From positions 17,710,219 to 17,759,708 of the forward strand of contig NC_068989.1 in NCBI RefSeq assembly GCF_001194135.2: a stretch of DNA of 49,490 nt, read 5' to 3'. The notes beneath the pieces are model-generated. The model was given only the letters and a program-made list of their open reading frames with translations. It was not told the DNA's origin and did not search any database. Below, piece by piece: positions 11,480 through 25,434 of this stretch (positions are counted from its first letter, which is position 1; each line of letters starts with the position of its first letter). The position numbers were made by a program, and so were the translations under genes. The stretch is from Octopus bimaculoides (lineage: Eukaryota).

Positions 11480-14400
11480 NNNNNNNNNNNNNNNNNNNNN
11501 NNNNNNNNNNNNNNNNNNNNNNNNNNNNNNNNNNNNNNNNNNNNNNNNNNNNNNNNNNNNNNNNNNNNNNNNNNNNNNNNNNNNNNNNNNNNNNNNNNNN
11601 NNNNNNNNNNNNNNNNNNNNNNNNNNNNNNNNNNNNNNNNNNNNNNNNNNNNNNNNNNNNNNNNNNNNNNNNNNNNNNNNNNNNNNNNNNNNNNNNNNNN
11701 NNNNNNNNNNNNNNNNNNNNNNNNNNNNNNNNNNNNNNNNNNNNNNNNNNNNNNNNNNNNNNNNNNNNNNNNNNNNNNNNNNNNNNNNNNNNNNNNNNNN
11801 NNNNNNNNNNNNNNNNNNNNNNNNNNNNNNNNNNNNNNNNNNNNNNNNNNNNNNNNNNNNNNNNNNNNNNNNNNNNNNNNNATATATATATATATATATA
11901 TATATATAGTAATAACAATCATTATAGGATGGAATTTATAAATATATAATACATCGCTACGCACGTTTCCATAAATCACATGATTTTGACATCAGAATCA
12001 GTATCCTTAGGATAGGAGAGTATACTGATAATACGGACTATACTGTACTAATCCCCGGGATACCGACTCTTATGCCAAAATCAGAATATTCATCGTCCAA
12101 CGATAGAGTTCCACCACACACAGACATACACACGCACACATGTGCTTGCTCACTAATACACAGACATATACATATGTATGTATGTATGTATGCATGTATG
12201 TATGTATGTATATATGTATGTATTCTGAAAAAATGAGTCTAACAAAAGTAATTTTTACCTGCCGATACTGGCTCAAAAAGGGAAGTGAAGAAACATATTT
12301 ACTGGTAAAAAAAACTGATAGGTTGCTAAAGAGATACACGCAGACACGCGCGCGCACACACATACGCACACACACACACACACACACACACATAAACACA
12401 CACACACATGATATATAATGAACGAAATTGTTGTATACAGTGCTCATGTGTACGACAACTAAAAAGAACAAAAGGCAACAGGTGTGTGTGTGTGTATATA
12501 TATATATACATATATATATATATGGGTTTTATGAAAGTGAATTAGATATAATTTTGTTGTCAACCAGGTGATCCAGACAGTAGGCACCACATCGAATCCT
12601 CAGCCTTTTCGATGATAGTATTGATAGCGGATGTAGTGATAGTCATGACGGTAGCTGGGATTGTCATGATGTTGACTGTAGTGGTAACATTGATGCTATT
12701 GCTTATGATAGTTTCATCTGTATACAATTATACAAATATATATATGTCTGTGTATATGTGTGGGTGTGCGTAAAGAAGGAAGAGCTGTGTTTTCAAAAAT
12801 GTTACACCAAATCACCACTACGTTCCTTTGATTTAATAATTTTTCATATTTCATTTCAGATCTTATATGTTTGATTTAGATCAATAACGTTTAGATCAAT
12901 AAGGCTATTTGTCTGACCCATCAGGACATTCACAATCACATTTTCAAAATTAACTGTGATAGCTGTGCGTAGTCTACGCATTGTAAAGCACATCGCAAAG
13001 GGTCTTGGTTATAAATTTTATAAATTTTATACCTGTTAAAGATCAACATCCCTTTTAAAATCATATGACGGCTAACCCTGGTTGATTTCATGTTATGAGA
13101 ATCTGACGTATTTCTTCTGTCCCACAATATTCTGCATTTTTCCAATAATCCTGTTTTCTACATGTGGTTTGTCTCTTTTCGAATCCATCCTCTCTTCTTC
13201 TCATTTTGTTCTTCGGTTTGTCTTCCTTCATTTTTTTTTTTTTGAAGGGGCATTATTCGAATTTAACCATTTCTTTTTATTTCATGTTACATATATGCAT
13301 GCTATCGATTTGTTTGCTCTTATGTTAGTCAGCAGAGTGTAACTGCCCATTTACTATCGTTGTTTCGTAAAAATATATTCCAGATGCTTTTTGTTGTATC
13401 GAAAAATCGTGATGGTAGTTGTTGTACAAATTCTTTTATATATTTTCGTACATTTGCTTTCTTCTGTCCATGTAAAGTCGTTTCTTTAATGTCTTCGCTA
13501 AACCTTTCATTAGTAGGTTATTTATTAAATTTCCTACCACGCTGAAGCTAGCTACGGTTTTGTTAGAGAGGATGTATCGTGTTTGCTAATGGGTTTGTAA
13601 AGTAAGGTGTTGTAGAGATGCAAAAAGAAAATGAGGTGAATTAGTTAGGTAGTCTGTAACCTAATGGTTAAAAGATTTCTACGAAAAGTTATGAAGTAAG
13701 GTCTATAGTAGTTCCAGAGAAAAAAGTCCAGTTGCAATTTCAGAGGCGAGTAGTTGCTAAAAATTCATTGTCCGATGAGATATTTTTCTCTGTTGTTATT
13801 ATCTTGCAGGTGCTTGCCTCACAGATGGTAATGGTAACTCCTTTTGGGGCGATGTTAGAGAACCTATGGCATGTGAAAAGTTTTATTCGTACTTGAGAAA
13901 TGAAATCTTTTGCCAGGAATTTCATTAACAACTTGTAAATGTATGAGCTGTCATGTCTGAAGTGGATATGTATGGGCTTACGGTTACATTACTTCAACAT
14001 AGGAAAGAAAAAGAAAAAAATCATTATTAACCAGTGACATATATTGGTTTCATCTCTTAATTTACTAATATTATTTGATTAATACTGTACCTTCAAAGTA
14101 ACAGCTAGAAAAAGAATCTCTAATTAATCGACCTTTTTATTTGCCCATACGGCTAACGAGGAGGGCACCGTGCTCTAGTATTTTCTGATTTGATGATTTT
14201 AAGGAGTTATTAAATAACTTCATATTTATATACAAAGTAAATAAATTATTTTGCACTTATAGCTTTTTAGACACACTGAAATGCACTGTTCAAATGTTTA
14301 TTAATCCGCTGATTATTCAGAAGTAAGAAAATAAGAAATACTCCAAAACTGTAACTTATAGTACATATTTACATAATTAATATCATACATTTTGCTCTAA

Positions 14401-14676
14401 AAATCTAAACCAGTCAAATGTACTCCTTAGAAGTAAGTTGTAGTTCCACATGGCAATAACTACAAAACTAAAGCTGACAACTCGTCATCGTTTGAGGAAA
14501 ACAAACAACTAATAAAAGACATTTCAAGTAAATTTCTTTCTATTTAATTAGATGACATCATTGTGACATCATCTGTTTGACTGCTCACTATTGTTCGATT
14601 TTATAGGTATGATGAAATATGCGAAGAACTGGTTAGCTAAGCAACTTTACCTGAACATTATATAGGGGCTGAAATA

Positions 14677-14904
14677 TTGGGTTATCCGGAAAGTTCGTGC
14701 CGATTTATAGTAGCTAACCTTTAGACTTATTTGCCACGAAACCACCTCAATTCTGGGAATAGAGTATTTTCAAGTTAAAGGAAAGATGCAGACGCATTGT
14801 GTAACAAAATGGTTCATATTTGGCTGATTAAAAATGTAATGGCAAGTATTTATTCACCTTTTTCTTTCCTTTAAAAATCGGCGCGAACTTTCCAGACAAC
14901 CCAA
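14677..14904 (+). mobile_element. 228-bp mariner deletion derivative (MITE)
   Basis: TIRs ttgggttatccggaaagttcgtgccgattt / aaatcggcgcgaactttccagacaacccaa, TA on both sides (14675-14676, 14905-14906), and an internal transposase C-terminal remnant CV*QNGSYLAD*. Confidence 0.9.
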
Positions 14905-16501
14905 TATGAAAAGGTAAATAGTAAACAGATGGATGCCTCACAGAATTGAAACAAAAGAGAGAAGAAAAACGAAAAAAAAATGTCTATGACTACTGATGGT
15001 GCGTTCATTGTGAATAGTATAGAAGCAGATTTTTGTGAATTTGTTCGTAAAATATGTTGGTCATCCACTAGTAACCTTTCATCATTGTATATGTGAGGAG
15101 GCTTTGTGTAACGAAAAAAAAAAAAAACTAAAATACTTGACTCACTAATTTTGTGAGCAAGGTAAAATCAGTGCACACACGTCTACAAATGTACAACAAT
15201 GTTTGTTGCTAAGCTTAGGTGCTGTTTTGAACGACTTTTTTGCGTTTCGATGAAATTCGTCTGATTTTGACGAATGAAAAAATGTTATTGTCAAGAATTA
15301 ACTAACGTTTGGTGGATTTATAATTTAATCCTTTTCTTTACAGATTTCTATTCACACTTGATTGGTTTGGACATCAGTTTCCAGATCTAGCAGAAAACTT
15401 CCTGTTCTGTTTGATAACAAATATCTTAGGAATCTAACCAGAGATGTCGACTATGGTCCTTTTAACTAGTTTTTTAACATTAAATATCACTTGACTGATT
15501 TTCAAATTTACGAGAAAACAGACATTCAATGTATTCAAAGTAATTATCGAGCATCATCAAGTCAACTGCGAAACAATTTTCCTTAAGATTAACTCAGTTC
15601 AGGACATCTGAAGAAACATCAAAATTCATTAAGTGTATCTACAGTACAATTTTGGAGATCCAGAATTTGAAAATGCTGTTAAGTGCAAATGAATGATTTA
15701 CAATGTGGAGACAAAAATTGATAGACTTGAGAATTGGACATCAAGAGATATCGATTATTAACAGTAATAGAAAAGGAAACGAGGTTTTGAAACAAATTCC
15801 ACTCGCGTAAGTCTTGTCTATCAGAAAAATCTTGCAGTGGCAAAATTAATCATATTTTCAATAACTAATCACGTGAGTCATGGTTTTCAGTTATGAGCAT
15901 TGTCAGGTCTTATTATAGGAGCAGTCTTACCGATGGAATCTTGCGTTATGCATTGCTCTTGAAACAACCAAATACAATGCTAATATAAAGTATAAAAGTA
16001 TCTGTATTCGAACGCACAGAGACTGAGCAACACGATTATTTCCCTTTTGATTTTTGCTTTGACTTTTAAAATATTTGCATTTACAATATAATTTATGAAT
16101 AAAGTTAGTTTTCTATCGTCTTCTTAAAAACATTGAATCATATTTTTGGTCTTGCTTATAAAATGCGACACTATAAATTGTTATTTTCAATTACCCGTTT
16201 CTTTAAAAACCATTAACAATAATTGTTTGAAGGTGTTATCTAAAATGCTTTCATTTATTTTAATTTCACTTCCTCTGATATATTGTTGTTAGTAGCACAT
16301 AGTTATCAAGACTTCATTATTCTGAAATAAGATCCATCATTATTGTTATTTGGAGCTTGAGTTAGAAACAAGTGATGAATGGGAGTGAGGAAAACGAGAT
16401 AGGAAGCAATAACTGAAAAATATTTTTGCAGGTATCCTAGTCATCAGAGATGATTTAGAGCGACAGATGTGAAATCCGTTTCTCTGAATGGAATTAAGTT
16501 G

Positions 16502-16555
<54 letters not shown>

Positions 16556-16819
16556 TACATACAAAGACATACACGCACGCACACACATATATAAGCTGAT
16601 GGGTTAGATCAGTGTTGGACTGAAGCAAATGTATATTTGTGCAGAGATACTGTCTAGCTGATTAGTTATCATTCTTACTGCAGTTTCTGTTGATTGTATG
16701 ATAAACCATTAGGGGAGAAAAAAAGTGTCTTCCCAGGAAAACAAGTTCATTAACCAGATGAAAACTCTTGTCATTCGGTGTTTCGTATTGCACATTTTGA
16801 ACAAAAATATCAGTGATTC

Positions 16820-17150
16820 TCTCTCTCTTTCTTTTTCTCTCTCTCCCTCTCTCTACTTCTTTCTCTCTCTCTTTCTTTCTTTTTCTCTCTCTCCCTCTCT
16901 CTACTTCTTTCTCTCTCTCTTTCTTTCTTTTTCTCTCTCTTTCTTTCTTTTTCTCTCTCTTTCTTTCTTTTTCTCTCTCTCCCTCTCTCTACTACTTTCT
17001 CTCTCTCTTTCTTTCTTTTTCTCTCTCTCCCTCTCTCTACTTCTTTCTCTCTCTCTCTCTCTGTTTCTATCCCCCTGTCTCTCTTTGTTTCTATGTCTAT
17101 GTCTCTATCTCTGTCTGTCCATCACTCTCTTTCTCTCTCTCTCCCTCTGT
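16820..17150. repeat. Compound CT/CTTT tract with about 4 higher-order units (ccctctctctacttctttctc motif)
   Basis: Directly visible recurring motif. Confidence 0.9.
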
Positions 17151-18019
17151 TACAATCTAAGAACGACAAGAACATCTGCAGCAGCCGCAGCAACCAGGAA
17201 AGAATTTTGATATGCAGTGTAAGTAATTTTAGAATTCAACGTTAAACAATATCACTGAGGATGGTTAAAGAAAACTTCACACGTGATGTAAGAAAAACCA
17301 GTGAGAAACAATGTTTGCATTCAGCTTACTAATCTAAACTTGGACGATCGTAATACATACAGGCTGACCTGTCGAGGAATTTCTTAGATATGACACTCAG
17401 AGCTCAGTCGTAATGTCACAATTTATTCATACACTTGCTTCTTGTGTTTGCTTTTGGTTTCACCTAATTTTTGCTAGTTCTACACAGAACTACCCATTCC
17501 TACCATAAATTACTTTACTGAACAGACGAAACCCTTCAGTTATTGGGTGTTTTGCCTTATACCTTCATCGTATTCTTTTCCTTCTTTCCTTTTTTTTTTC
17601 TCTCCTTCCATCCTTTTCCTTTTTTGTCTATCTCCAGGATTATTTAATTACTAATATATTTATTCGTATATCTGAACCTTCACATCTACTACGCTAGCGA
17701 TTTGTATGGAATTATTATAAATGCGACACACAAAGGCAGAAAAAAGACAGAAAACTGATTAGACAGTATTGGTGCGTTGTTTATATTTTATAAACACCTG
17801 CGGATTAATTAATGTTGTTATTTGTATATTTTCTAACAGATGAAATTAATTATAAAGTAGATTCACTCACAGTGTGTGTTAGATAAATTTTTGGAGGAAA
17901 ATATTAGCATAATCTGTCATCTGTTTGTTTATGTTCCCTTTCAAGTCAGCAGTCTTAAAGCTTTTTGGTGTAGAAATCATTATAGACTGTCAAATACATT
18001 ATATACACATAAATAAAGA

Positions 18020-18057
<38 letters not shown>

Positions 18058-18679
18058 ATATACATTGTATACACATCTATATGTAGGCTCACATTCCTTT
18101 CGGTAAAAAGTTTTCTTTACGGTAATATTGCTTTAGGTTCGATTATATATTGTACCTTACACAGGTGAAATTTCTAAGGCGAAAACTATGTTGAAGATCG
18201 ATAGATAGATTAACGAATACACATGAAACTAGACAGTACAATATTAGCTCTAACATTTTTAATCAATGAGGGTTCTCAAACTCGACAACTGGTCAGTAGT
18301 CTACTTTTGCTATAGAACTTGAACCATTGTGAAGGATAAACCTGAAATACATCACTCCATAAAAAAAATATATGGAATATTTACCACAAGTTGTCTTGAT
18401 AGTTGTTTGGCAACTATTCTCTTTATTACTTGCTGCTGAACTGAAAACATTTACTCATTCAGCATACACTAGTGTTGACGTCTTGTGTGGATGATACACA
18501 AATCGACCAGGAATGTGTGTGGGCACACACACACACATATACATACATACACGAACATGCATGAATATATACATACAAGCATACATACACAAGCACACAT
18601 ATATAAGTATACATGTAGATATTTATGTACATATGTATGTAAGTATGTATATATTACATAAATTATATATACTTAGGTT

Positions 18680-18810
18680 CAATACTACAAGTTTTTGGAG
18701 GGAGCGATATAGTCGAATATATTGACTCCAGTACTTGATTGTTACTTTTTTTGTTTTCAGCCACAGAAGAATGATAAGCAAAGATGTCAGCCTTCACCAG
18801 TTTTAAATTT
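18680..18810 (-). mobile_element. Highly degenerate copy of SINE family 4
   Basis: agtcgaatatattgactccagtacttga resembles the agtcga..gaccccagt...tggtactt block of 38300-38519 and 41170-41390. Confidence 0.45.
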
Positions 18811-19764
18811 AGATATAACTTTATCAGCATAGATTTCCAGCTGTTTAGACTACTAAGTTCTGAGAGTAAAAGAGAAAAGTGAATCACTTTATGCAAGAAT
18901 TTAAAATAACATTTCTTTCCGAAATTGAATGAAGATAAACTCAAACAGCGGTTTTATAGAAAACAAATGCCCTTTCTAATTACATAAAACACATATATAC
19001 ATGAATTAAGACAAAAATTACCGTAGGTTAATCTACTAAACTATGATGTTCTTAATATTGGGTGTGGAGACTGTATATCGAAATTTCGGGACTTTGTTGC
19101 TAAGACGTTGATCTCATACTTTTCCTCAGAACTAGAATGAAATAAACAAAGTTTTGCCTAAAGGGATATAGCCAAAACATCAGTTGTTACCCGTTTTATT
19201 ATTGTATCTTCTTTAAAGTTTCTCTGTTTGAGTAGAAAGAGTAGAGAAAAAGTAAAGATCATATCAGTAGGATTGTGAATGCGAAAAAAGAACGGAAGTA
19301 AAGTCGAAGGTTAGATATGAAGAGAGAGAGAGAGAAAACCAACGTAGAATAATATGAGTAATATAGCAGGTAAGAGTAGTGAGGTGGATGTGCGATGTGA
19401 GAAGAAGTGATTTGTGCGATAGGAGTTGATACAGAAGTAACAAGCTATAGGCTGTGGATTAGTTACTTAGGAGATACGTAAAACGACTGGGTCAGGCGAG
19501 GAGGTTAAGAACAAGAAATTTAAATACGTCATCACGGCTGCATCCACAAACGCAGCGTAGGTGATTGAGCTGGAAGAATAAGAACAATGGATTAATAACA
19601 GTTATTGACAGGAAATTAAATCTGAAGAAATAATAGGTTAATTAATAATGGTCAGAAATTGGACGGAAAAGTGTAGAAGGATATTGTGAAAGGAAGGAGG
19701 AAGCAGAAGGGTGAAAATATAAAAGAGAGGCAATAATGCTAGCACAGTGCGGGGGTGAACTATT

Positions 19765-19953
19765 TCCAAATGCAGGTTTGGTTATGTGGCAAAGAAGTTC
19801 GTTTTGAAACTACGTGGTTTCGAAATTAGTGTCATTGTGCGGCAGCTAGGAGAAGTGTTTCTATTATAACCCTGGATTAATCAGTTTGAGTAAATTTGTT
19901 TAGCGGAAATTACGTGGAAGCACAGACATGCAGACACTGACAACACACGCACC

Positions 19954-20049
<96 letters not shown>

Positions 20050-20067
20050 CGCACACATACACACACG

Positions 20068-20100
<33 letters not shown>

Positions 20101-20195
20101 ACACACACACACACACACGTCGTTGTTTCTGTTACCTCACTTGACTACAGGTTTCGGTTTAAATACGCCCTAGTAACTTAGCTATTCGGCAAAAG
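19765..20195 (+). mobile_element. Degenerate SINE family 3 copy with expanded internal (CA)n
   Basis: The 5' part resembles 37168-37310, and the 3' part gtaacttagctattcggcaaaag matches 37425-37447; about 175 bp of CA repeat lies between them. Confidence 0.7.
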
Positions 20196-20227
20196 TTGTA
20201 TGATAGAATAATTTTTAGACTAAAAAA

Positions 20228-20601
<374 letters not shown>

Positions 20602-22029
20602 GAGGATAAAGTCAACATTGTTTCTCTCCGAAGAAAGACCATCGCTAGAATTCACTTCTTCTTTGCCTTAAACATATTCTGTTATTCGGACCGTTTCAAT
20701 TATTTTTATTAATCTAGATTTTAATATGCAGAAATTTCAGCTCATCACCAAATTCCAGCAATTTTCAGTAACAGTAGCTACAAAGACTGCAAGAATTTTC
20801 AGTTGAAAGGACAATGGAAGTGATTAAAGGAAAATTACCAAAGAATGCAGTTCCGAGAAAAAAACGTTTAGATTATTTAGATTATTTTTATATGTCCTGT
20901 ACCCATATATGCATGTATATATACATATATATGTAGGTCCGTACATATATGTATGTATATATGCATATATTTATATATTATTATATGATGGAGCGCCACG
21001 CATCCATTTCCAAGTTATATATATATATATATATATATAGATATATATATTTATATGGTTTGGCTTAGAACAATATGTGTGAAGTGAAACAGTTAGAAAT
21101 GAGGGAACGTAGAATGAGTGTGATTAATGGTGATCTAATGAAAGGGGTTTTGGCGAGATATCAGTAAAAGTAACGAAGAAAGAATTTAAATGAAATTAAC
21201 TGAAGTTAAAGACTGTAAAACTGTGGGAAGTTGATTCGAATCTGAAGACTACCACTTCTTGTATTTGCGAATAATATATCGTGTAAGACATTTTTCAATT
21301 GTGCATAGTTAATTGCTGTTCAGAAGTAACTTCTGCTCAGAAAAAGAAACCCATTTTAAAGCAACGATTTAATAAAATTCTCTGCTAATTCCGAATATGA
21401 TTTTCTATGCTTCCTCGTGTTTATTTACTGTTTATTTACTGTATACAAGTTTATTTACTGTATAAAATATTTAATTATTATAGTTACATGTAAAATGTTT
21501 GATCGATAACCTACTGGTACTAATAAATAATAAATTGTTTTCCAAGTGTGTTGGTACACTAAAAGAAAGAAACCAGGTAGAAGAGATTTGGCGATCAAAA
21601 GTGTTTTGTTGAATTCTACAGAGACTACACCTCAAAACAGAGACGAATGAACGTAATTAAAGTGACATCTAATAATTTGGGTGTGGACAATTGAAAATCT
21701 ATAAATGACAACTAGCTAAACCAGTTATAGTGGGAGAGTTGGTATGATGCAATTGAAAAATAAGATAATCAATGGATTTGGGATTAGTGGTCCATTGTTG
21801 GCACCTAGTGACTTGCAAATAAAAATAGCAGTAAATATGTTGTTTGTGTGTCATGTGATTACGCACAAGCTAATGAATCAGATCCTGTTATTGAGGAAGA
21901 AGACAGAAGAAATGTAACTCGATTGAAGGGACTATTTGATAAATTCTGAAGAACAAATTTAATAATCCAAGATATAGGAAAAGTGTGTAGAAGTCTTGCA
22001 TATTCTTATAAAATATACTATACATGAAC

Positions 22030-22030
<1 letters not shown>

Positions 22031-22104
<74 letters not shown>
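22031..22104. repeat. (TAA)n, left flank of the Dong-like insertion
   Basis: Directly visible. Confidence 0.98.
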
Positions 22105-22507
22105 GGCCTGTCAAAGATCATGAAGGAAAAAAATGTTTTCTAATTGATGTATCAATACCAGCAGATGACAACGTTTCCCTAAAAGAAATGGAGAAACTTT
22201 CAAAATACAAAGACCTGGAAATAGGGGTAACTCGAATGTGGAATCTAAAAACAGAAACAATTCCTATCATAGTCGGTGCCTTAGGTATAATAAAAAAAAT
22301 ATTCAGACAAATACATAACAAAAACACCAGGACTTACAAATATATATAACATACAGAAAATTGCACTACTGGGCACTGCACACATCCTACGCAAAACACT
22401 TTCAATACAGTAACCATAAGAGCACCACAGCAAACCACAGCACATACCCAAGGCACACAGAGCTGCGCTCGGTAGTGAAGTGAAAGCACGTTATAAAAAT
22501 AAAACTA

Positions 22508-22510
<3 letters not shown>
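22101..22510 (+). mobile_element. 5'-truncated Dong/R4-clade retrotransposon inserted in (TAA)n
   Basis: Reads NRP.VKDHEGKKCFLIDVSIPADDNVSLKEMEKLSKYKDLE...GALG and, after a poly-A frameshift, NIQKIALLGTAHILRKTLSIQ* (stop 22411-22413). A 3' UTR follows, with TAA repeats on both sides. Confidence 0.92.

Positions 22511-22580
<70 letters not shown>
22511..22580. repeat. (TAA)n, right flank of the Dong-like insertion
   Basis: Directly visible. Confidence 0.98.
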
Positions 22581-24614
22581 GAAGTTGGATAGCTCATGAG
22601 TCTGGAGTAAAGAATTTATTGGTTGAAATCAAAAACCTTATCCAGGATTTCATAAACTTAATCAAGGTTATTATAATTATATTGAAAACAGTGAATATAA
22701 AAAATAATTTGTCTGATTAAAAGGGAATATGATCAGGTGTTTTAGCAGAAGAAGTATTCCTAGATTCAAAATATTACTAGCTATTTATGTTTCGTTGAAG
22801 CGTCAAAGATCCCATCTGAAATAAATGTGAGGATATTTGATTGAGAGTAATGAATTATTTAGTAGTCCTTTTAATGGTTGTTGTTTTTTTATTTTTGTTT
22901 TTTTTTTCTCTAATTTGTCAAAAGGAAAATGAAAAGGACTTCTTGGATATAATGAGGGATAAGAAAAGAAAGAAATATGATACAGATGATAAATATATAG
23001 TTTAATTACTTGAAAGTTTGTAATAATATATAGCTAGTAATTTGAAGGTTAAAGGACGAGTTTCTAGGTAGTTGTAATCCTCGGAAGAGAGGCAAAGAGG
23101 GGGAGAGGCAAAAAAGATACAGAAAGGATAAATCAATATTTAATATGTGTATGCGATAGAGAGAGATAGAGAGAGAGAGACAAAGATAAAAAGAGTGAGA
23201 TAGAGAGAGAGAAAGAGACAGTTGAGTGTATCAACAGTATTTCAGTAGAAACAGTTGACATTCAGAAAGCTTAGAGAAGAGTGGAGGTATTTGTAATAAC
23301 GTGAGAACAAATAGACCAAGGAAACAGTTAGCCAGTCAGTTGTTGAAACTAGTGTTAATGAAATAAGTAGCCGCATTTCGAAGAAATATCAACGAAGGTA
23401 AACGAATAAAGAACTTAAAACACACTGATTTTAGACAATAAACGGAATTGATACTCTAGAAGTATAAGACAAAACATAAAATTCTAAGGTAGACCCTATG
23501 CAATCTTTAACGAGGGCATCCAGCAAAGTATAGGTTTCTATCTCTAATTTGCCTTTAAAATGTCAAATATAATTGAACCGAAAATCAGAGTTGTTAGTGT
23601 ATAATACTGTTGTAAGCTTCAATGCTGTGTCTTTTAAAATAGTTCACTTCGCAGCTATGTTGTTTAGGATACAATTCCAGTTCATGGAATCTTGGGCTAG
23701 TTTCTTCTGTAAAGTTACTGATTAGCGCCCATACATATATACATACATACATGCATACATACATACATACATACATACATACATACATACATACATCTCT
23801 CCCTCCTTCTCTCTCTCTCTCTCAATATATATATATATATATNNNNNNNNNNNNNNNNNNNNNNNNNNNNNNNNNNNNNNNNNNNNNNNNNNNNNNNNNN
23901 NNNNNNNNNNNNNNNNNNNNNNNNNNNNNNNNNNNNNNNNNNNNNNNNNNNNNNNNNNNNNNNNNNNNNNNNNNNNNNNNNNNNNNNNNNNNNNNNNNNN
24001 NNNNNNNNNNNNNNNNNNNNNNNNNNNNNNNNNNNNNNNNNNNNNNNNNNNNNNNNNNNNNNNNNNNNNNNNNNNNNNNNNNNNNNNNNNNNNNNNNNNN
24101 NNNNNNNNNNNNNNNNNNNNNNNNNNNNNNNNNNNNNNNNNNNNNNNNNNNNNNNNNNNNNNNNNNNNNNNNNNNNNNNNNNNNNNNNNNNNNNNNNNNN
24201 NNNNNNNNNNNNNNNNNNNNNNNNNNNNNNNNNNNNNNNNNNNNNNNNNNNNNNNNNNNNNNNNNNNNNNNNNNNNNNNNNNNNNNNNNNNNNNNNNNNN
24301 NNNNNNNNNNNNNNNNNNNNNNNNNNNNNNNNNNNNNNNNNNNNNNNNNNNNNNNNNNNNNNNNNNNNNNNNNNNNNNNNNNNNNNNNNNNNNNNNNNNN
24401 NNNNNNNNNNNNNNNNNNNNNNNNNNNNNNNNNNNNNNNNNNNNNNNNNNNNNNNNNNNNNNNNNNNNNNNNNNNNNNNNNNNNNNNNNNNNNNNNNNNN
24501 NNNNNNNNNNNNNNNNNNNNNNNNNNNNNNNNNNNNNNNNNNNNNNNNNNNNNNNNNNNNNNNNNNNNNNNNNNNNNNNNNNNNNNNNNNNNNNNNNNNN
24601 NNNNNNNNNNNNNN

Positions 24615-24900
24615 TAACTTAATAACATCACCTGGCAAAGTCATTCAAATCAGGAATCGGACAACATGGTCCACTCGAGGAGAGAGTTATTGCTTGCGGC
24701 GACATATCCGGGTGTAGGAGGTTTATCCGGGATTTTTTGAAGGAATTTGTTGTCCAAAGACTTCTTGAACTTTATAAACAGAGCACGGTAAACAAACAGG
24801 TCACATAGAGAATATTTCCTTCATCAGCTGCCACTATTCTAAGTTAAGCGTTTCGAAGAGTTAGGGCAGACATAGATATATTCTCTTTTATGGGTGTAAG
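24615..24900 (-). mobile_element. CR1-like LINE C-terminal fragment (duplicate of 25678-25886 plus upstream part)
   Basis: Minus-strand translation KFKKSLDNKFLQKIPDKPPTPGYVAASNNSLLEW resembles the LDKFL..IPD.P..PGY....NSL.DW tail of CR1-group elements. Confidence 0.65.
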
Positions 24901-25129
24901 CTTTTGGTTATTTGCTTGTTTGTTTAGGGTATAATTTGTAGTTAAGTAAAAAAAATCATACGAGTTTGTATCTAAACATGTGGTTACAAATATATATATA
25001 TAAACGGTCAGTTTGGCTTTGTGGCTGTGTAGTTTGCTACTGACTTTGGCAGAGGGAAGAAAAACACGTCTATACACTTCAAGAATCAAGTCACACACAC
25101 ACACACACACACACACACNNNNNNNNNNT

Positions 25130-25322
25130 ATATCATCATCCTCGTTTAACGTCCGTTTTCCATGCATGCATGAGTAGGACGGTTGACAGGAGCCGGCCAG
25201 GTACAAAACTACCTCAGGTTACTGTATCTATTTGGGCTGGGTTTTTTACAGCTGGATGTCCTTCCTAGAACGAGCCACTCTACAGAGTGGACTTAGTGTT
25301 TTTTTGTGGCCCTAGTACACGC
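25130..25322 (-). mobile_element. 3' tail of a LINE or LINE-dependent SINE ending in (TGA)n-like repeats
   Basis: tcatcatcctcgtttaacgtccgttttccatgc...acagctggatgtccttcct is a GC-rich tail that I recognise as a common RTE-type 3' end (recall, not searched). Confidence 0.55.
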
Positions 25323-25399
25323 GTGGTTTAGTTTTGGCATAATTTTTACAGCTAGGTGTCCTAAAAAATGCCAGCAACTTTAGCGTGTGGGTGTATGTA

Positions 25400-25434
<35 letters not shown>

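Noticed and set aside
7582-12511. Long ORFs in the ORF track (up to 426 aa)
   Set aside because: They span N gaps or translate CA/TA/GT microsatellites (X, HT, YI, CV runs); the same holds for those at 19881-20712, 23715-26208, 29562-29924, 35920-36455, 38864-40156, 41869-43933 and 45671-46026.
15620-15700. GDPEFENAVKC as a transposase remnant
   Set aside because: A single short motif with no supporting flanking similarity.
16725-17210. 161-aa hydrophobic S/L/F-rich ORF resembling a membrane protein
   Set aside because: It is the translation of the CT/CTTT repeat tract.
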